Source of the DNA: the human T2T-CHM13v2.0 reference genome, Homo sapiens | Length of the DNA: 64,000 nt | Strand: one strand, 5' to 3' | Assembly: GCF_009914755.1 (NCBI RefSeq) | Contig: NC_060948.1 | Part shown: positions 57,099 to 64,000 of the stretch, piece by piece | Layout of the letters: each line of letters opens with the position of its first letter | Position numbering within the stretch: position 1 is the first letter of the stretch | The notes under the pieces: generated by a model | The model's input: only the letters and a program-made list of their open reading frames with translations | Told to the model about the DNA's origin: nothing | Database searches by the model: none | Made by a program: the position numbers and the translations under genes

Positions 57099-59202
57099 AG
57101 ATCCATATTTTTTAAATGAAAAAAAATTTCAAAGGTACTCTGCTTGGTACAATAATCAAATGTATAAACTGAGGAATAAAACATAACCATGAAACCTACT
57201 TATAACTGCATATGGAAAATACAGAGGATAATTTTTTAAATAACATATTTTGAAAGCCTTAACTAGTAATTTGAAGAGTTGGCATTTGAAAGGCCAGTAT
57301 GAATATACCTTCAAAGCAGCAACACAGGTTCCCCATGAGAAAAAGCAAACACAGGGAAAATAAAAACACAAAGGTTCAATCTCTTCTGACCTTTGAAAGA
57401 CACAGCACAGACAGTGGTCCTTAGGACGAAGAGCAGGAGACCCCTAATTCCGTCACCATGGCGATAGGGCATAAACATTGCTGGGTGAGGGCACAATCCA
57501 CATTGTGAGGTCCAACTGCTGCCAGGAAGACAGGAGTGCTTTTACATAGACCGAAAGGTCATTGAAGGCTCAGAGTTTTGTTTCAAGAACTGAATCCCAA
57601 GCCCACACGTTATTAGGCTGCGCTTCTTAAAACAAGTTATGAGATGGGAAAAAGGGCACCCACAAACATACGTATACATTATGTATATAATAATATACAG
57701 TATCATATATATAATATATATAACCTATGTATAATATTGTTTTACATCCTGCATCTTATGTTATATATATTGTATAAAATATAATAATTGATAATATATA
57801 AGTTTTATATTTATACAATATGACATATAGTATATATTATAATTTATGACATATATAATATATGTTATATATCATATATAGAATATATTATACGGTTAAT
57901 ATACGTATTAAATATAAATTATACATTATATATATTATATATAATATATCTGTTATATATAATACCCATTATGCATAATATATATATTATGTCTATGTTA
58001 TATATAGTATAAAACAACATATAATAATATATAATTGTATATATAAAATGCGACATATAATATATATTATATTTTATAACATATGTAATATATATTATAT
58101 ATTATATATAATACGTTGTATGTATAATACCTATATTAAATATATATTATATGACTATGTTATTAATTACATGTCACATGTGTTATATATTATATATTTT
58201 ACATAGAATATACCGGTTACATACAATATATATTATGTTACCTATAATGTATAATTTATTACATGTAAAATAAAGAATGCAATATATTATGTATAATTTA
58301 TAATATACAATATGTGGAATGTGATATATGTAACATATAATATATGATATATGATATACAGTATATGATATATAACATACAATATATGATTCCTAATATA
58401 TATGGTATACAATATATATTTTATGATATGTATTCTATATGTTTTATATTCTGTTATATATAACTATTTGAAATTATATATAACTGTATAATATTTTATG
58501 TAAATATGTAATATAATATATATAACTATATAATATATTATATATAACTATATATTATGTTATATATACTTTTATAACATAATTTACATAAAATATCATA
58601 ATATAATATATATTATATTATTTCATATTACATAATATATATTACATATCACCCAATATAACTAACATACATAATATTATAATATAGATTATATTATGTT
58701 ATATTAAATATCATATATATCATGTATCATATATTCTATAATATATATTACACATTATATAATATGTATGTTGTCTATTATGTGATATATATAACTATAT
58801 ATATAATTATATTTTTATACATATAACTAGATAAACATGTAATTCTACATATTTTCATTTATAATATGTAGAATTATATAATCAATATAATAATTTATAT
58901 TCTATAAAAAATTTTATCACTATATAAATTATAATATATAAAAATTATAATATGTACTACAAATATATATATTATATATCATATATGCTATAGTACCTTT
59001 GTTATATATCATAATACATATAAATGTGTATTATGTTATCTATAATTATATAATTTCATATATAAGTTGTATAATATGTATCATATATTATATATGTTAT
59101 GTAATATATATAGTATATATAAGATGACACAGGATAAATATTATATACTATGACATATAAAATATATGAGGTTATATGTTACATATAAGGCATAGCACAT
59201 AA

Positions 59203-59517
<315 letters not shown>

Positions 59518-61619
59518 AGATCCATATTTTTTAAATGAAAAAAATTTCAAAGGTACTCTGCTTGGTACAATAATCAAATGTATAAACTGAGGAATAAAAC
59601 ATAACCATGAAACCTACTTATAACTGCATATGGAAAATACAGAGGATAATTTTTTAAATAACATATTTTGAAAGCCTTAACTAGTAATTTGAAGAGTTGG
59701 CATTTGAAAGGCCAGTATGAATATACCTTCAAAGCAGCAACACAGGTTCCCCATGAGAAAAAGCAAACACAGGGAAAATAAAAACACAAAGGTTCAATCT
59801 CTTCTGACCTTTGAAAGACACAGCACAGACAGTGGTCCTTAGGACGAAGAGCAGGAGACCCCTAATTCCGTCACCATGGCGATAGGGCATAAACATTGCT
59901 GGGTGAGGGCACAATCCACATTGTGAGGTCCAACTGCTGCCAGGAAGACAGGAGTGCTTTTACATAGACCGAAAGGTCATTGAAGGCTCAGAGTTTTGTT
60001 TCAAGAACTGAATCCCAAGCCCACACGTTATTAGGCTGCGCTTCTTAAAACAAGTTATGAGATGGGAAAAAGGGCACCCACAAACATACGTATACATTAT
60101 GTATAATAATATACAGTATCATATATATAATATATATAAACTATGTATAATATTGTTTTACATCCTGCATCTTATGTAATATATATTGTATAAAATATAA
60201 TAATTGATAATATATAAGTTTTATATTTATACAATATGACATATAGTATATATTATAATTTATGACATTTATAATATATGTTATATATCATATATAGAAT
60301 ATATTATACGGTTAATATACGTATTAAATATAAATTATACATTATATATATTATATAAAATATATCTGTTATATATAATACCCATTATGCATAATATATA
60401 TATTATGTCTATGTTATATATAGTATAAAACAACATATAATAATATATAATTGTATATATATAATGCGACATAGAATATATATTATATTTTATAACATAT
60501 GTAATATATATTATATATTATATATAATACGTTGTATGTATAATACCTATATTAAATATATATTATATGACTATGTTATTAATTACATGTCACATGTGTT
60601 ATATATTATATATTTTACATAGAATATACCGGTTACATACAATATATACTATGTTACCTATAATGTATAATTTATTACATGTAAAATAAAGAATGCAATA
60701 TATTATGTATAATTTATAATATACAATATGTGGAATGTGATATATATAACATATAATATATGATATATGATATACAGTATATGATATATAACATACAATA
60801 TATGATTCCTAATATATATGGTATACAATATATATTTTATGATATGTATTCTATATGTTTTATATTCTGTTATATATAACTATTTGAAATTATATATAAC
60901 TGTATAATATTTTATGTAAATATGTAATATAATATATATAAATATATAATATATTATATATAACTATATATTATGTTATATATACTTTTATAACATAATT
61001 TACATAAAATATCATAATATAATATATATTATATTATTTCATATTACATAATATATATTACATATCACCCAATATAACTAACATACATAATATTATAATA
61101 TAGATTATATTGTGTTATATTAAATATCATATATATCATGTATCATATATTCTATAATATATATTACACATTATATAATATGTATGTTGTCTATTATGTG
61201 ATATATATAACTATATATATAATTATATTTTTATACATATAACGAGATAAGCATGTAATTCTACATATTTTCATTTATAATATGTAGAATTATATAATCA
61301 TATATAATTATTTATATTCTATAAAAAATTTTATCATTATATAAATTATAATATATAAAAATTATAATATGTACTACAAATATATATATTATATATCATA
61401 TATGATATAGTACCTTTGTTATATATCATAATACATATAAATGTGTATTATGTTATCTATAATTATATAATTTCATATATAAGATGTATAATATGTATCA
61501 TATATTATATATGTTATGTAATATATATAGTATATATAAGATGACACAGGATAAATATTATATACTATGACATATAAAATATATGAGGTTATATGTTACA
61601 TATAAGGCATGGCACATAA

Positions 61620-61934
<315 letters not shown>

Positions 61935-64000
61935 AGATCCATATTTTTTAAATGAAAAAAAATTTCAAAGGTACTCTGCTTGGTACAATAATCAAATGTA
62001 TAAACTGAGGAATAAAACATAACCATGAAACCTACTTATAACTGCATATGGAAAATACAGAGGATAATTTTTTAAATAACATATTTTGAAAGCCTTAACT
62101 AGTAATTTGAAGAGTTGGCATTTGAAAGGCCAGTATGAATATACCTTCAAAGCAGCAACACAGGTTCCCCATGAGAAAAAGCAAACACAGGGAAAATAAA
62201 AACACAAAGGTTCAATCTCTTCTGACCTTTGAAAGACACAGCACAGACAGCGGTCCTTAGGACGAAGAGCAGGAGACCCCTAATTCCGTCACCATGGCGA
62301 TAGGGCATAAACATTGCTGGGTGAGGGCACAATCCACATTGTGAGGTCCAACTGCTGCCAGGAAGACAGGAGTGCTTTTACATAGACCGAAAGGTCATTG
62401 AAGGCTCAGAGTTTTGTTTCAAGAACTGAATCCCTAGCCCACACGTTATTAGGCTGCGCTTCTTAAAACAAGTTATGAGATGGGAAAAAGGGCACCCACA
62501 AACATACGTATACATTATGTATATAATAATATACAGTATCATATATATAATATATATAACCTATGTATAATATTGTTTTACATCCTGCATCTTATGTTAT
62601 ATATATTGTATAAAATATAAAAATTGATAATATATAAGTTTTATAATTATACAATATGACATATAGTATATATTATAATTTATGACATATATAATATATG
62701 TTATATGTCATATATAGAATATATTATACGGTTAATATACGTATTAAATATAAATTATACATTATATATATTATATATAATATATCTGTTATATATAATA
62801 CCCATTATGCATAATATATATATTATGTCTATGTTATATATAGTATAAAACAACATATAATAATATATAATTGTATATATAAAATGCGACATATAATATA
62901 TATTATATTTTGTAACATATGTAATATATATTATATATTATATATAATACGTTGTATGTATAATACCTATATTAAATATATATTATATGACTATGTTATT
63001 AATTACATGTCACATGTGTTATATATTATATATTTTACATAGAATATACCGGTTACATACAATATATACTATGTTACCTATAATGTATAATTTATTACAT
63101 GTAAAATAAAGAATGCAATATATTATGTATAATTTATAATATACAATATGTGGAATGCGATATATGTAACATATAATATATGATATATGATATACAGTAT
63201 ATGATATATAACATACAATATATGATTCCTAATATATATGGTATACAATATATATTTTATGATATGTATTCTATATGTTTTATATTCTGTTATATATAAC
63301 TATTTGAAATTATATATAACTGTATAATATTTTATGTAAATATGTAATATAATATATATAACTATATAATATATTATATATAACTATATATTATGTTATA
63401 TATACTTTTATAACATAATTTACATAAAATATCATCATATAATATATATTATATTATTTCATATTACATAATATATATTACATATCACCCAATATAACTA
63501 ACATACATAATATTATAATATAGATTATATTATGTTATATTAAATATCATATATATCATGTATCATATATTCTATAATATATATTACACATTATATAATA
63601 TGTATGTTGTCTATTATGTGATATATATAACTATATATATAATTATATTTTTATACATATAACTGGATAAACATGTAATTCTACATATTTTCATTTATAA
63701 TATGTAGAATTATATAATCATATATAATTTTTTATATTCTATAAAAAATTTTATCATTTTATAAATTATAATATATAAAAATTATAATATGTACTACAAA
63801 TATATATATTATATATCATATATGATATAGTACCATTGTTATATATCATAATACATATAAATGTGTATTATGTTATCTATAATTATATAATTTCATATAT
63901 AAGATGTATAATATGTATCATATATTATATATGTTATGTAATATATATAGTATATATAAGATGACACAGGATAAATATTATATACTATGACATATAAAAT

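Overview
The whole 64 kb window is one head-to-tail tandem array of a ~2,420-bp unit (about 26.4 copies, all in the same orientation). Each unit has three parts: a ~1.56-kb extremely AT-rich low-complexity segment, a ~292-bp minus-strand Alu lacking its first 12 nt and carrying a 16-bp internal duplication, and a ~570-bp mixed-composition segment. This architecture, the unit length and a predicted 2,146-bp HaeIII fragment match the known human DYZ2 / HSat1B satellite, most likely from Yq12 heterochromatin (related copies exist on acrocentric short arms, so chromosome of origin is inferred). I see no genuine protein-coding gene, RNA gene or new biological system; the ORF track only reports the same two short chance frames once per unit. 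What is worth a second look is the internal variant structure: a 3-unit (7,260-bp) higher-order repeat at ~6.4-25 kb with mosaic copies, staggered local duplications, a 7-bp deletion class, a divergence gradient at the left edge where the Alu retains ancestral bases, a dense variant patch near 37.3 kb, and a YY1-consensus palindrome inside every Alu. All variant calls were made by eye and need alignment to confirm.
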